Positions 29,941 through 46,657 of a stretch of 64,000 nt of DNA are shown here, piece after piece. The notes below the pieces were generated by a model that searched no databases, was not told the DNA's origin, and saw only the letters and a list, made by a program, of their open reading frames with translations. A program made the translations under genes and the position numbers. This DNA is from Veleropilina oligotropha (Eukaryota): NCBI GenBank assembly GCA_048128005.1, contig JBEUKZ010000038.1:248001-312000 (forward strand), read 5' to 3'. The first letter of the stretch is position 1, and each line of letters starts with the position of its first letter.

Positions 29941-30069
29941 GAAACAAATACAAAGAAGAACGACAACTAGAAAGACAAGAGGTCGAAATCACGGAAAACG
30001 TGGAAGACCTCGTTAAAATCGAATTAAACAACAAAAGCTTATTTTTCATCACATCTACCTGATACAAGC

Positions 30070-30438
30070 ATGCCACCAAAAGTTAGTTCTAAGGGAGCGA
30101 AGAAGGCAGGAAAGGCGAAAGCCGCACGGGGCGGAGACAAGAAGAGGAGACGCAAGAGGAAGGAAAGCTACAGCATTTACATCTACAAAGTCATGAAGCA
30201 GGTCCATCCCGACACTGGCATCTCGTCGAAGGCCATGGTCATCATGAACAGCTTCGTAAACGACATCTTCGAGCGCATCGCCGGAGAAGCATCCCGCCTC
30301 GCACAGTACAACAAGAGGTCGACCATCACCAGCCGAGAGATCCAAACCGCCGTCCGCTTGCTCCTGCCCGGTGAACTGGCAAAGCACGCTGTCAGTGAGG
30401 GAACGAAAGCGGTCACCAAATACACCAGCAGCAAGTAA
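30070..30438 (+). CDS. H2B: Histone H2B (promoter displaced by the LINE)
   Basis: [23 protein letters not shown]...; 122 aa. Confidence 0.98.
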   Translation: MPPKVSSKGAKKAGKAKAARGGDKKRRRKRKESYSIYIYKVMKQVHPDTGISSKAMVIMNSFVNDIFERIAGEASRLAQYNKRSTITSREIQTAVRLLLPGELAKHAVSEGTKAVTKYTSSK

Positions 30439-30469
30439 ATATTCGGATATATCTTGCCTGACAACCAAC

Positions 30470-30508
30470 GGCCCTTTTCAGGGCCACCTAAATCTTCCGA
30501 GAGAATAC
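30470..30508 (+). terminator. Histone 3' stem-loop plus downstream element (present after every histone gene)
   Basis: ggcccttttcagggcc-acc then tcttccgagagaatacc; equivalents at 31811, 33538 and 34462-34477 (minus strand). Confidence 0.95.
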
Positions 30509-31430
30509 CACTGTTATGCCATAGCGTTTGCTTGCTTAGCTAAGGAAATTGTAATAAGTTAATTGGTAGTTTACATAGAAACATACAAACATTCACCCAT
30601 TTCATAACGCAAAGTAAGTTGCTCAATAAAAACACCAAACCTTTATTCGTTTTCGCACGACCCTCCAATGTTTGTTGTCATCTGCCGATAAACATTATTC
30701 TAATATTCACCAAGCTGGCATAATAGTGTTAATGTGGCTGTTGTCCGCTTCGGAGTCTTGTTCTACTCACCAGACCGAACGAACACGACTAACGGCCTTC
30801 GCTAGGCTTTATAGGACACGCTTGCGTTTCCAGATCCCCAACAATGTTATTCTTATCCGAAAGTCTTTATTTTATCCTTGGCTAAACGGAAAATTCACGC
30901 CACGGACTGCTTCGAACGATGGTTTTCAACTGTCAAACAGCAGCATCAAAAAATACGAACACGGCTGATCGCACCCACGAAGTATGAAAAACTATAGGGC
31001 TGCTATTGATTGCGTATGTTCATAATACGAAAGTTATAACGTTAAATTACTTTGTATGGAAGTTATTGTTGCTAAAGATCATCTTTACGAGCGATAGTCA
31101 TTATTAATAGGCTCATTCGTGTGGTACTTTCCCTTGAGTACGGAGTTGGTTGCGCATTAGCAAAAAAACGTATTCACAACTGTATGAAAATAAATTGTAT
31201 TGTGAAATCAAGCAAAAATTGCCGAATACGATAAATGGCCTAGTAGAAATCGTGCTTAACAGTTTTTACGTAATCAACGAAGCCTACCACTCGAATGGGG
31301 GCTATTGTTTCTCTTGGCGAAATTAGGAGAACAATGATTGGCCGATCGTTTCGTCGAAATCGTATTCTGACCAATCGGGTTAGCGGCGAGGGGTTTTCCT
31401 TAGCGTCCGCCACAACGGTATATAACATAA

Positions 31431-31781
<351 letters not shown>

Positions 31782-32359
31782 ACTCACCGCTTTTCTAACG
31801 AAGTTCCAACGGCCCTTTTCAGGGCCACCAAATTCTTCCGAGAGAATACCCTAATTGTGCCAATTCGTATATCTTGTAGCATAAATTACATGTGCATCAA
31901 TTAGGCTTTGCACACGCAAACGCGCATTACGCTTTTAACAGTAAATTGCATACAGACTCGTCAAATGATACGGAAATGCACTCGATTACACTAATTGTGC
32001 AGGGAACAATTGTTAGCTCAGCTATTGTTTTTTGTTTTAAATTCATTGAATTTAGTCATTTAAACAATACACTCGATTTTTGGTTTCCAAGTGATCAAAT
32101 AAATAGCAATTAATCTACCCGAAACACACCACGAGTTATTTCCCTTGCACCGTTGGGCCAACTGAACAAAGAACAAATTATGAAATCTAACGACGATCTT
32201 GATACTCCGGCGCACAACGCATTGCACGCGACAACACGATATAGCTATAGCGACTTCGAATTGGGTGCACAATGTAAAAAAAATGATACTCACCATAAAA
32301 AACCTCAAATAGAAAAACAGTGGCGCGCTTTCTCACTCTCTCGAAATCTTCATCAACAG

Positions 32360-32790
32360 AAAAGAACGATGAATAAATATGGCAATAGAGCATTTATCAA
32401 CAATGCCCCAACACTCTGGAACAAACTCACATCTAAAGTAAAGGAAAGTACAACTCTGGCAGGTTTTCGGAAGACATTGATTACACACCTATTTGCTGAT
32501 GTATATGCCAACCTGATCACGTCTCACTAACAATTCGAATTAGCTGACATCGTAGTAGTGGATGACAGTAATGACTGGTTCACATTCGGTTATTGTTATT
32601 GCTTGCATCATATGTATCATTTAAAATTGGTTGAAGTTCATGCTAGTGGCTGCTTCACCTCTTTGTCTGATTGTGCTTGGGAAAACAAAATAATTTTATT
32701 GGGAATTATTGTATTCATGGTATCATTGATGTTTCCCCTACAGGTATATTCTCATGTACTGTAATATTAAATAATAAATAACAATAATAA
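32360..32790 (+). mobile_element. L2-like LINE 3' remnant fixed in every H4-H3 spacer
   Basis: YGNRAFINNAPTLWNKL...FRKTLITHLF resembles the L2 ORF2 C-terminus; ends in an aataat-rich tail. Confidence 0.65.
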
Positions 32791-33064
32791 TTCAGGCAAC
32801 GAATATTTGTAAAAAAAAATTAATATCAAGTTAAAAATCAATGTTGGGACTACTTCTAGCACGTTAAACGCTTGCATCGTTGATACTTTCCTTATTTATT
32901 TACACCGGTTAAAATATTTTCTGCACCGCGCCACTAAATTGCCGGAAATGGATAGAAAACTGAAACCATTTCGTCCAATGAAACTGATCGTCCAATGAGA
33001 GGCCTGGCTGTAATTGGCGCGAGATACGATTAAATAGGGACAGTTAGGAGTAAAGATGCATTGA

Positions 33065-33508
<444 letters not shown>

Positions 33509-34508
33509 AGCTTAGGCGTCGCTCCATGCAAACCAACGGCCCTTTTCAGGGCCACCAACATCCTCCGAAAGAATACCTTTGTTAACATCCCATACGTTCA
33601 AAACCGCCCGCATTTACTGACTTAAAAATTTACTTTGTAAGTAGTAAAATTCCATATTTTTGGTAGTAAAATTGAACAATAAATAGTTAATTTCACTATT
33701 TAAATAGTTTATATTAGGATACTACTTAAATTAGTGAATAATATTCACATATATGCTCTGTCCGTTCACGCATAAACGAAGTACTCTTACATTGCAGCAT
33801 TGAATTCAAAATGAGATCCAATGCTCAATAATGAATATGCGTTTGATATGCAAAATGTCACTTGCGTTGTGTGTGTGTGGGGGGGGGGGGGGGGGGGTGT
33901 TAATTGACAGGATGTTCGAATCGCGCCCGATTTCTTCAGTTTTCATTTATTCATTAGCGTCGACGCCTGTATTTTCATAATCTTAATATTACAATGGAAA
34001 ATATATTAAAAAGTGGTCTCAAAATATATTATGTTACCAAATCATTTATTTGTCATCGCATTTATACATACATCTGAAAATATTACACGTTCTGGAAGGA
34101 TGTCTCAAGAAAATCTTTTGAGCCCGTTAGTCAAGACACCCCGAGAAGACGTGCAATAAAATGTATGTAAAACCAAAACATAAATAAATTAAACAACAGT
34201 GGGTTTTATAAAGTGTGATAGATTGCTAGTTTCCTAAATTTGCATATTTACAATTAGTCTTGCATATCAGCATAATGTAGAAGAAATGTTGCTTTTAATG
34301 TGTTGTTGTATGGTATTTAAATTTCCTGTTTCTGTTGACAGTTTTTCTAGAATTATAATCGAAGATAATCGTTTGTTTGTTGTACAATGTGGTACATGAA
34401 ATTTATCTTTAGTATGGATACGTTGTGGCACAACTAGGGTATTCTATCGGAAGATTTTGGTGGCCCTGAAAAGGGCCGTTGGTTACTTGGTCCGTAAAAC
34501 CGAATCTG

Positions 34509-34886
34509 TTACTTGGCAGCCTTGGAGCTCTTCTTGGGTAGAAGCACCGCTTGGATGTTGGGTAGCACACCACCCTGGGCGATGGTTACTCCGGACAGCA
34601 GTCTGTTCAGCTCCTCGTCGTTGCGGATGGCCAGCTGGAGGTGACGGGGAATGATTCTCGTCTTCTTGTTGTCTCGGGCGGCGTTACCTGCCAACTCGAG
34701 GACTTCAGCGGCAAGATATTCCATCACAGCAGCCAGGTAGACTGGAGCCCCAGCGCCGACACGCTCGGCATAATGTCCTTTTCGGAGATGGCGGTGGATA
34801 CGACCGACTGGAAATTGAAGTCCGGCACGGGATGAGCGAGTCTTGCTCTTTGACTTGGATTTTCCTCCTTTGCCTCGTCCTGACAT
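34509..34886 (-). CDS. H2A: Histone H2A
   Basis: Canonical H2A sequence. Confidence 0.98.
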   Translation of the reverse strand: MSGRGKGGKSKSKSKTRSSRAGLQFPVGRIHRHLRKGHYAERVGAGAPVYLAAVMEYLAAEVLELAGNAARDNKKTRIIPRHLQLAIRNDEELNRLLSGVTIAQGGVLPNIQAVLLPKKSSKAAK

Positions 34887-35145
34887 ATTTTCTTCTTATC
34901 CGTCCGTTTCGCAATTGAAATGAAGACAGTAATAGAAATAGCACGGCCACGCCGGTCTATAATCGCTCGAAATGGATTGAAATTTCACGTATCAAATTTG
35001 GCGGCAACCAATAAGATTCTGAGCTGATCAATTAGCGCTAGGCGACCAATAGAAATGAAATCCAGTTTCAATCCACGCCACGTGATTTCAACCCTATCAA
35101 ATAGCCACGAACGCTTATTTTTCATCACATCTACCTGATACAAGC
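34887..35145. promoter_or_regulatory. Divergent H2A/H2B promoter
   Basis: 259 bp between head-to-head genes; two CCAAT boxes, a CACGTG, and TATA-like tatcaaata (+) and ttatag (-). Confidence 0.8.
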
Positions 35146-35514
35146 ATGCCACCAAAAGTTAGTTCTAAGGGAGCGAAGAAGGCAGGAAAGGCGAAAGCCG
35201 CACGGGGCGGAGACAAGAAGAGGAGACGCAAGAGGAAGGAAAGCTACAGCATTTACATCTACAAAGTCATGAAGCAGGTCCATCCCGACACTGGCATCTC
35301 GTCGAAGGCCATGGTCATCATGAACAGCTTCGTAAACGACATCTTCGAGCGCATCGCCGGAGAAGCATCCCGCCTCGCACAGTACAACAAGAGGTCGACC
35401 ATCACCAGCCGAGAGATCCAAACCGCCGTCCGCTTGCTCCTGCCCGGTGAACTGGCAAAGCACGCTGTCAGTGAGGGAACGAAAGCGGTCACCAAATACA
35501 CCAGCAGCAAGTAA
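35146..35514 (+). CDS. H2B: Histone H2B
   Basis: Canonical H2B sequence. Confidence 0.98.
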   Translation: MPPKVSSKGAKKAGKAKAARGGDKKRRRKRKESYSIYIYKVMKQVHPDTGISSKAMVIMNSFVNDIFERIAGEASRLAQYNKRSTITSREIQTAVRLLLPGELAKHAVSEGTKAVTKYTSSK

Positions 35515-36499
35515 ATATTCGGATATATCTTGCCTGACAACCAACGGCCCTTTTCAGGGCCACCTAAATCTTCCGATAGAATACCACTGTTATGCCATAG
35601 CGTTTGCTTGCTTAGCTAAGGAAATTGTAATAAGTTAATTGGTAGTTTACATAGAAACATACAAACATTCACCCATTTCATAACGCAAAGTAAGTTGCTC
35701 AATAAAAACACCAAACCTTTATTCGTTTTCGCACGACCCTCCAATGTTTGTTGTCATCTGCCGATAAACATTATTCTAATATTCACCAAGCTGGCATAAT
35801 AGTGTTAATGTGGCTGTTGTCCGCTTCGGAGTCTTGTTCTACTCACCAGACCGAACGAACACGACTAACGGCCTTCGCTAGGCTTTATAGGACACGCTTG
35901 CGTTTCCAGATCCCCAACAATGTTATTCTTATCCGAAAGTCTTTATTTTATCCTTGGCTAAACGGAAAATTCACGCCACGGACTGCTTCGAACGATGGTT
36001 TTCAACTGTCAAACAGCAGCATCAAAAAATACGAACACGGCTGATCGCACCCACGAAGTATGAAAAACTATAGGGCTGCTATTGATTGCGTATGTTCATA
36101 ATACGAAAGTTATAACGTTAAATTACTTTGTATGGAAGTTATTGTTGCTAAAGATCATCTTTACGAGCGATAGTCATTATTAATAGGCTCATTCGTGTGG
36201 TACTTTCCCTTGAGTACGGAGTTGGTTGCGCATTAGCAAAAAAACGTATTCACAACTGTATGAAAATAAATTGTATTGTGAAATCAAGCAAAAATTGCCG
36301 AATACGATAAATGGCCTAGTAGAAATCGTGCTTAACAGTTTTTACGTAATCAACGAAGCCTACCACTCGAATGGGGGCTATTGTTTCTCTTGGCGAAATT
36401 AGGAGAACAATGATTGGCCGATCGTTTCGTCGAAATCGTATTCTGACCAATCGGGTTAGCGGCGAGGGGTTTTCCTTAGCGTCCGCCACAACGGTATAT

Positions 36500-37999
<1,500 letters not shown>

Positions 38000-39282
38000 A
38001 CTCACCGCTTTTCTAACGAAGTTCCAACGGCCCTTTTCAGGGCCACCAAATTCTTCCGAGAGAATACCCTAATTGTGCCAATTCGTATATCTTGTAGCAT
38101 AAATTACATGTGCATCAATTAGGCTTTGCACACGCAAACGCGCATTACGCTTTTAACAGTAAATTGCATACAGACTCGTCAAATGATACGGAAATGCACT
38201 CGATTACACTAATTGTGCAGGGAACAATTGTTAGCTCAGCTATTGTTTTTTGTTTTAAATTCATTGAATTTAGTCATTTAAACAATACACTCGATTTTTG
38301 GTTTCCAAGTGATCAAATAAATAGCAATTAATCTACCCGAAACACACCACGAGTTATTTCCCTTGCACCGTTGGGCCAACTGAACAAAGAACAAATTATG
38401 AAATCTAACGACGATCTTGATACTCCGGCGCACAACGCATTGCACGCGACAACACGATATAGCTATAGCGACTTCGAATTGGGTGCACAATGTAAAAAAA
38501 ATGATACTCACCATAAAAAACCTCAAATAGAAAAACAGTGGCGCGCTTTCTCACTCTCTCGAAATCTTCATCAACAGAAAAGAACGATGAATAAATATGG
38601 CAATAGAGCATTTATCAACAATGCCCCAACACTCTGGAACAAACTCACATCTAAAGTAAAGGAAAGTACAACTCTGGCAGGTTTTCGGAAGACATTGATT
38701 ACACACCTATTTGCTGATGTATATGCCAACCTGATCACGTCTCACTAACAATTCGAATTAGCTGACATCGTAGTAGTGGATGACAGTAATGACTGGTTCA
38801 CATTCGGTTATTGTTATTGCTTGCATCATATGTATCATTTAAAATTGGTTGAAGTTCATGCTAGTGGCTGCTTCACCTCTTTGTCTGATTGTGCTTGGGA
38901 AAACAAAATAATTTTATTGGGAATTATTGTATTCATGGTATCATTGATGTTTCCCCTACAGGTATATTCTCATGTACTGTAATATTAAATAATAAATAAC
39001 AATAATAATTCAGGCAACGAATATTTGTAAAAAAAAATTAATATCAAGTTAAAAATCAATGTTGGGACTACTTCTAGCACGTTAAACGCTTGCATCGTTG
39101 ATACTTTCCTTATTTATTTACACCGGTTAAAATATTTTCTGCACCGCGCCACTAAATTGCCGGAAATGGATAGAAAACTGAAACCATTTCGTCCAATGAA
39201 ACTGATCGTCCAATGAGAGGCCTGGCTGTAATTGGCGCGAGATACGATTAAATAGGGACAGTTAGGAGTAAAGATGCATTGA

Positions 39283-39726
<444 letters not shown>

Positions 39727-40722
39727 AGCTTAGGCGTCGCTCCATGCAAACCAACGGCCCTTTTCAGGGCCACCAACATCCTCCGAAAGAATACCTTTGT
39801 TAACATCCCATACGTTCAAAACCGCCCGCATTTACTGACTTAAAAATTTACTTTGTAAGTAGTAAAATTCCATATTTTTGGTAGTAAAATTGAACAATAA
39901 ATAGTTAATTTCACTATTTAAATAGTTTATATTAGGATACTACTTAAATTAGTGAATAATATTCACATATATGCTCTGTCCGTTCACGCATAAACGAAGT
40001 ACTCTTACATTGCAGCATTGAATTCAAAATGAGATCCAATGCTCAATAATGAATATGCGTTTGATATGCAAAATGTCACTTGCGTTGTGTGTGTGTGGGG
40101 GGGGGGGGGGGTGTTAATTGACAGGATGTTCGAATCGCGCCCGATTTCTTCAGTTTTCATTTATTCATTAGCGTCGACGCCTGTATTTTCATAATCTTAA
40201 TATTACAATGGAAAATATATTAAAAAGTGGTCTCAAAATATATTATGTTACCAAATCATTTATTTGTCATCGCATTTATACATACATCTGAAAATATTAC
40301 ACGTTCTGGAAGGATGTCTCAAGAAAATCTTTTGAGCCCGTTAGTCAAGACACCCCGAGAAGACGTGCAATAAAATGTATGTAAAACCAAAACATAAATA
40401 AATTAAACAACAGTGGGTTTTATAAAGTGTGATAGATTGCTAGTTTCCTAAATTTGCATATTTACAATTAGTCTTGCATATCAGCATAATGTAGAAGAAA
40501 TGTTGCTTTTAATGTGTTGTTGTATGGTATTTAAATTTCCTGTTTCTGTTGACAGTTTTTCTAGAATTATAATCGAAGATAATCGTTTGTTTGTTGTACA
40601 ATGTGGTACATGAAATTTATCTTTAGTATGGATACGTTGTGGCACAACTAGGGTATTCTATCGGAAGATTTTGGTGGCCCTGAAAAGGGCCGTTGGTTAC
40701 TTGGTCCGTAAAACCGAATCTG

Positions 40723-41100
40723 TTACTTGGCAGCCTTGGAGCTCTTCTTGGGTAGAAGCACCGCTTGGATGTTGGGTAGCACACCACCCTGGGCGATGGT
40801 TACTCCGGACAGCAGTCTGTTCAGCTCCTCGTCGTTGCGGATGGCCAGCTGGAGGTGACGGGGAATGATTCTCGTCTTCTTGTTGTCTCGGGCGGCGTTA
40901 CCTGCCAACTCGAGGACTTCAGCGGCAAGATATTCCATCACAGCAGCCAGGTAGACTGGAGCCCCAGCGCCGACACGCTCGGCATAATGTCCTTTTCGGA
41001 GATGGCGGTGGATACGACCGACTGGAAATTGAAGTCCGGCACGGGATGAGCGAGTCTTGCTCTTTGACTTGGATTTTCCTCCTTTGCCTCGTCCTGACAT
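40723..41100 (-). CDS. H2A: Histone H2A
   Basis: Canonical H2A sequence. Confidence 0.98.
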   Translation of the reverse strand: MSGRGKGGKSKSKSKTRSSRAGLQFPVGRIHRHLRKGHYAERVGAGAPVYLAAVMEYLAAEVLELAGNAARDNKKTRIIPRHLQLAIRNDEELNRLLSGVTIAQGGVLPNIQAVLLPKKSSKAAK

Positions 41101-41343
41101 ATTTTCTTCTTATCCGTCCGTTTCGCAATTGAAATGAAGACAGTAATAGAAATAGCACGGCCACGCCGGTCTATAATCGCTCGAAATGGATTGAAATTTC
41201 ACGTATCAAATTTGGCGGCAACCAATAAGATTCTGAGCTGATCAATTAGCGCTAGGCGACCAATAGAAATGAAATCCAGTTTCAATCCACGCCACGTGAT
41301 TTCAACCCTATCAAATAGCCACGAACGCTTATTTTTCATCACA

Positions 41344-41551
41344 AAACATACGAAAAAGTGATCATAATAAACTTGTGCATACTTGCATAAGGCACATAAC
41401 AGTGTCGCACTGGTGCGAGAAGTAATTCTTGCATAACACTGTTATTGTGTACCCCTATTTTTGTCACCGGTGGTTCCTGTAGGAACTGGCCTGCTAAAAC
41501 GCCGACGAGGTGGACGCGGGCCTAAAACTCCATCACACCACCACCACCACC
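41344..41551 (+). mobile_element. Short (CCA)n-tailed retroelement, copy 2, at the H2B start site
   Basis: TSD atttttcatcaca at 41331-41343 and 41552-41564. Confidence 0.92.
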
Positions 41552-41580
41552 ATTTTTCATCACATCTACCTGATACAAGC

Positions 41581-41949
41581 ATGCCACCAAAAGTTAGTTC
41601 TAAGGGAGCGAAGAAGGCAGGAAAGGCGAAAGCCGCACGGGGCGGAGACAAGAAGAGGAGACGCAAGAGGAAGGAAAGCTACAGCATTTACATCTACAAA
41701 GTCATGAAGCAGGTCCATCCCGACACTGGCATCTCGTCGAAGGCCATGGTCATCATGAACAGCTTCGTAAACGACATCTTCGAGCGCATCGCCGGAGAAG
41801 CATCCCGCCTCGCACAGTACAACAAGAGGTCGACCATCACCAGCCGAGAGATCCAAACCGCCGTCCGCTTGCTCCTGCCCGGTGAACTGGCAAAGCACGC
41901 TGTCAGTGAGGGAACGAAAGCGGTCACCAAATACACCAGCAGCAAGTAA
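41581..41949 (+). CDS. H2B: Histone H2B
   Basis: Canonical H2B sequence; true ATG at 41581. Confidence 0.97.
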   Translation: MPPKVSSKGAKKAGKAKAARGGDKKRRRKRKESYSIYIYKVMKQVHPDTGISSKAMVIMNSFVNDIFERIAGEASRLAQYNKRSTITSREIQTAVRLLLPGELAKHAVSEGTKAVTKYTSSK

Positions 41950-42941
41950 ATATTCGGATATATCTTGCCTGACAACCAACGGCCCTTTTCAGGGCCACCT
42001 AAATCTTCCGAGAGAATACCACTGTTATGCCATAGCGTTTGCTTGCTTAGCTAAGGAAATTGTAATAAGTTAATTGGTAGTTTACATAGAAACATACAAA
42101 CATTCACCCATTTCATAACGCAAAGTAAGTTGCTCAATAAAAACACCAAACCTTTATTCGTTTTCGCACGACCCTCCAATGTTTGTTGTCATCTGCCGAT
42201 AAACATTATTCTAATATTCACCAAGCTGGCATAATAGTGTTAATGTGGCTGTTGTCCGCTTCGGAGTCTTGTTCTACTCACCAGACCGAACGAACACGAC
42301 TAACGGCCTTCGCTAGGCTTTATAGGACACGCTTGCGTTTCCAGATCCCCAACAATGTTATTCTTATCCGAAAGTCTTTATTTTATCCTTGGCTAAACGG
42401 AAAATTCACGCCACGGACTGCTTCGAACGATGGTTTTCAACTGTCAAACAGCAGCATCAAAAAATACGAACACGGCTGATCGCACCCACGAAGTATGAAA
42501 AACTATAGGGCTGCTATTGATTGCGTATGTTCATAATACGAAAGTTATAACGTTAAATTACTTTGTATGGAAGTTATTGTTGCTAAAGATCATCTTTACG
42601 AGCGATAGTCATTATTAATAGGCTCATTCGTGTGGTACTTTCCCTTGAGTACGGAGTTGGTTGCGCATTAGCAAAAAAACGTATTCACAACTGTATGAAA
42701 ATAAATTGTATTGTGAAATCAAGCAAAAATTGCCGAATACGATAAATGGCCTAGTAGAAATCGTGCTTAACAGTTTTTACGTAATCAACGAAGCCTACCA
42801 CTCGAATGGGGGCTATTGTTTCTCTTGGCGAAATTAGGAGAACAATGATTGGCCGATCGTTTCGTCGAAATCGTATTCTGACCAATCGGGTTAGCGGCGA
42901 GGGGTTTTCCTTAGCGTCCGCCACAACGGTATATAACATAA

Positions 42942-43292
<351 letters not shown>

Positions 43293-44575
43293 ACTCACCG
43301 CTTTTCTAACGAAGTTCCAACGGCCCTTTTCAGGGCCACCAAATTCTTCCGAGAGAATACCCTAATTGTGCCAATTCGTATATCTTGTAGCATAAATTAC
43401 ATGTGCATCAATTAGGCTTTGCACACGCAAACGCGCATTACGCTTTTAACAGTAAATTGCATACAGACTCGTCAAATGATACGGAAATGCACTCGATTAC
43501 ACTAATTGTGCAGGGAACAATTGTTAGCTCAGCTATTGTTTTTTGTTTTAAATTCATTGAATTTAGTCATTTAAACAATACACTCGATTTTTGGTTTCCA
43601 AGTGATCAAATAAATAGCAATTAATCTACCCGAAACACACCACGAGTTATTTCCCTTGCACCGTTGGGCCAACTGAACAAAGAACAAATTATGAAATCTA
43701 ACGACGATCTTGATACTCCGGCGCACAACGCATTGCACGCGACAACACGATATAGCTATAGCGACTTCGAATTGGGTGCACAATGTAAAAAAAATGATAC
43801 TCACCATAAAAAACCTCAAATAGAAAAACAGTGGCGCGCTTTCTCACTCTCTCGAAATCTTCATCAACAGAAAAGAACGATGAATAAATATGGCAATAGA
43901 GCATTTATCAACAATGCCCCAACACTCTGGAACAAACTCACATCTAAAGTAAAGGAAAGTACAACTCTGGCAGGTTTTCGGAAGACATTGATTACACACC
44001 TATTTGCTGATGTATATGCCAACCTGATCACGTCTCACTAACAATTCGAATTAGCTGACATCGTAGTAGTGGATGACAGTAATGACTGGTTCACATTCGG
44101 TTATTGTTATTGCTTGCATCATATGTATCATTTAAAATTGGTTGAAGTTCATGCTAGTGGCTGCTTCACCTCTTTGTCTGATTGTGCTTGGGAAAACAAA
44201 ATAATTTTATTGGGAATTATTGTATTCATGGTATCATTGATGTTTCCCCTACAGGTATATTCTCATGTACTGTAATATTAAATAATAAATAACAATAATA
44301 ATTCAGGCAACGAATATTTGTAAAAAAAAATTAATATCAAGTTAAAAATCAATGTTGGGACTACTTCTAGCACGTTAAACGCTTGCATCGTTGATACTTT
44401 CCTTATTTATTTACACCGGTTAAAATATTTTCTGCACCGCGCCACTAAATTGCCGGAAATGGATAGAAAACTGAAACCATTTCGTCCAATGAAACTGATC
44501 GTCCAATGAGAGGCCTGGCTGTAATTGGCGCGAGATACGATTAAATAGGGACAGTTAGGAGTAAAGATGCATTGA

Positions 44576-45019
<444 letters not shown>

Positions 45020-46020
45020 AGCTTAGGCGTCGCTCCATGCAAACCAACGGCCCTTTTCAGGGCCACCAACATCCTCCGAAAGAATACCTTTGTTAACATC
45101 CCATACGTTCAAAACCGCCCGCATTTACTGACTTAAAAATTTACTTTGTAAGTAGTAAAATTCCATATTTTTGGTAGTAAAATTGAACAATAAATAGTTA
45201 ATTTCACTATTTAAATAGTTTATATTAGGATACTACTTAAATTAGTGAATAATATTCACATATATGCTCTGTCCGTTCACGCATAAACGAAGTACTCTTA
45301 CATTGCAGCATTGAATTCAAAATGAGATCCAATGCTCAATAATGAATATGCGTTTGATATGCAAAATGTCACTTGCGTTGTGTGTGTGTGGGGGGGGGGG
45401 GGGGGGGGGTGTTAATTGACAGGATGTTCGAATCGCGCCCGATTTCTTCAGTTTTCATTTATTCATTAGCGTCGACGCCTGTATTTTCATAATCTTAATA
45501 TTACAATGGAAAATATATTAAAAAGTGGTCTCAAAATATATTATGTTACCAAATCATTTATTTGTCATCGCATTTATACATACATCTGAAAATATTACAC
45601 GTTCTGGAAGGATGTCTCAAGAAAATCTTTTGAGCCCGTTAGTCAAGACACCCCGAGAAGACGTGCAATAAAATGTATGTAAAACCAAAACATAAATAAA
45701 TTAAACAACAGTGGGTTTTATAAAGTGTGATAGATTGCTAGTTTCCTAAATTTGCATATTTACAATTAGTCTTGCATATCAGCATAATGTAGAAGAAATG
45801 TTGCTTTTAATGTGTTGTTGTATGGTATTTAAATTTCCTGTTTCTGTTGACAGTTTTTCTAGAATTATAATCGAAGATAATCGTTTGTTTGTTGTACAAT
45901 GTGGTACATGAAATTTATCTTTAGTATGGATACGTTGTGGCACAACTAGGGTATTCTATCGGAAGATTTTGGTGGCCCTGAAAAGGGCCGTTGGTTACTT
46001 GGTCCGTAAAACCGAATCTG

Positions 46021-46398
46021 TTACTTGGCAGCCTTGGAGCTCTTCTTGGGTAGAAGCACCGCTTGGATGTTGGGTAGCACACCACCCTGGGCGATGGTTA
46101 CTCCGGACAGCAGTCTGTTCAGCTCCTCGTCGTTGCGGATGGCCAGCTGGAGGTGACGGGGAATGATTCTCGTCTTCTTGTTGTCTCGGGCGGCGTTACC
46201 TGCCAACTCGAGGACTTCAGCGGCAAGATATTCCATCACAGCAGCCAGGTAGACTGGAGCCCCAGCGCCGACACGCTCGGCATAATGTCCTTTTCGGAGA
46301 TGGCGGTGGATACGACCGACTGGAAATTGAAGTCCGGCACGGGATGAGCGAGTCTTGCTCTTTGACTTGGATTTTCCTCCTTTGCCTCGTCCTGACAT
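46021..46398 (-). CDS. H2A: Histone H2A
   Basis: Canonical H2A sequence. Confidence 0.98.
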   Translation of the reverse strand: MSGRGKGGKSKSKSKTRSSRAGLQFPVGRIHRHLRKGHYAERVGAGAPVYLAAVMEYLAAEVLELAGNAARDNKKTRIIPRHLQLAIRNDEELNRLLSGVTIAQGGVLPNIQAVLLPKKSSKAAK

Positions 46399-46657
46399 AT
46401 TTTCTTCTTATCCGTCCGTTTCGCAATTGAAATGAAGACAGTAATAGAAATAGCACGGCCACGCCGGTCTATAATCGCTCGAAATGGATTGAAATTTCAC
46501 GTATCAAATTTGGCGGCAACCAATAAGATTCTGAGCTGATCAATTAGCGCTAGGCGACCAATAGAAATGAAATCCAGTTTCAATCCACGCCACGTGATTT
46601 CAACCCTATCAAATAGCCACGAACGCTTATTTTTCATCACATCTACCTGATACAAGC

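Larger units (their letters stand above)
22849..30036 (+). mobile_element. Full-length intact I-group (Nimb-like) non-LTR retrotransposon, ~7.2 kb
   Basis: 5' UTR, two uninterrupted ORFs, 1.65-kb 3' UTR and a caa tail joined to the H2B 5' leader. Confidence 0.95.

Noticed and set aside
41461..41949. H2B with an N-terminal poly-His extension
   Set aside because: It uses a TTG start inside the inserted element; the His run is the (CCA)n tail read in frame. The real start is 41581.
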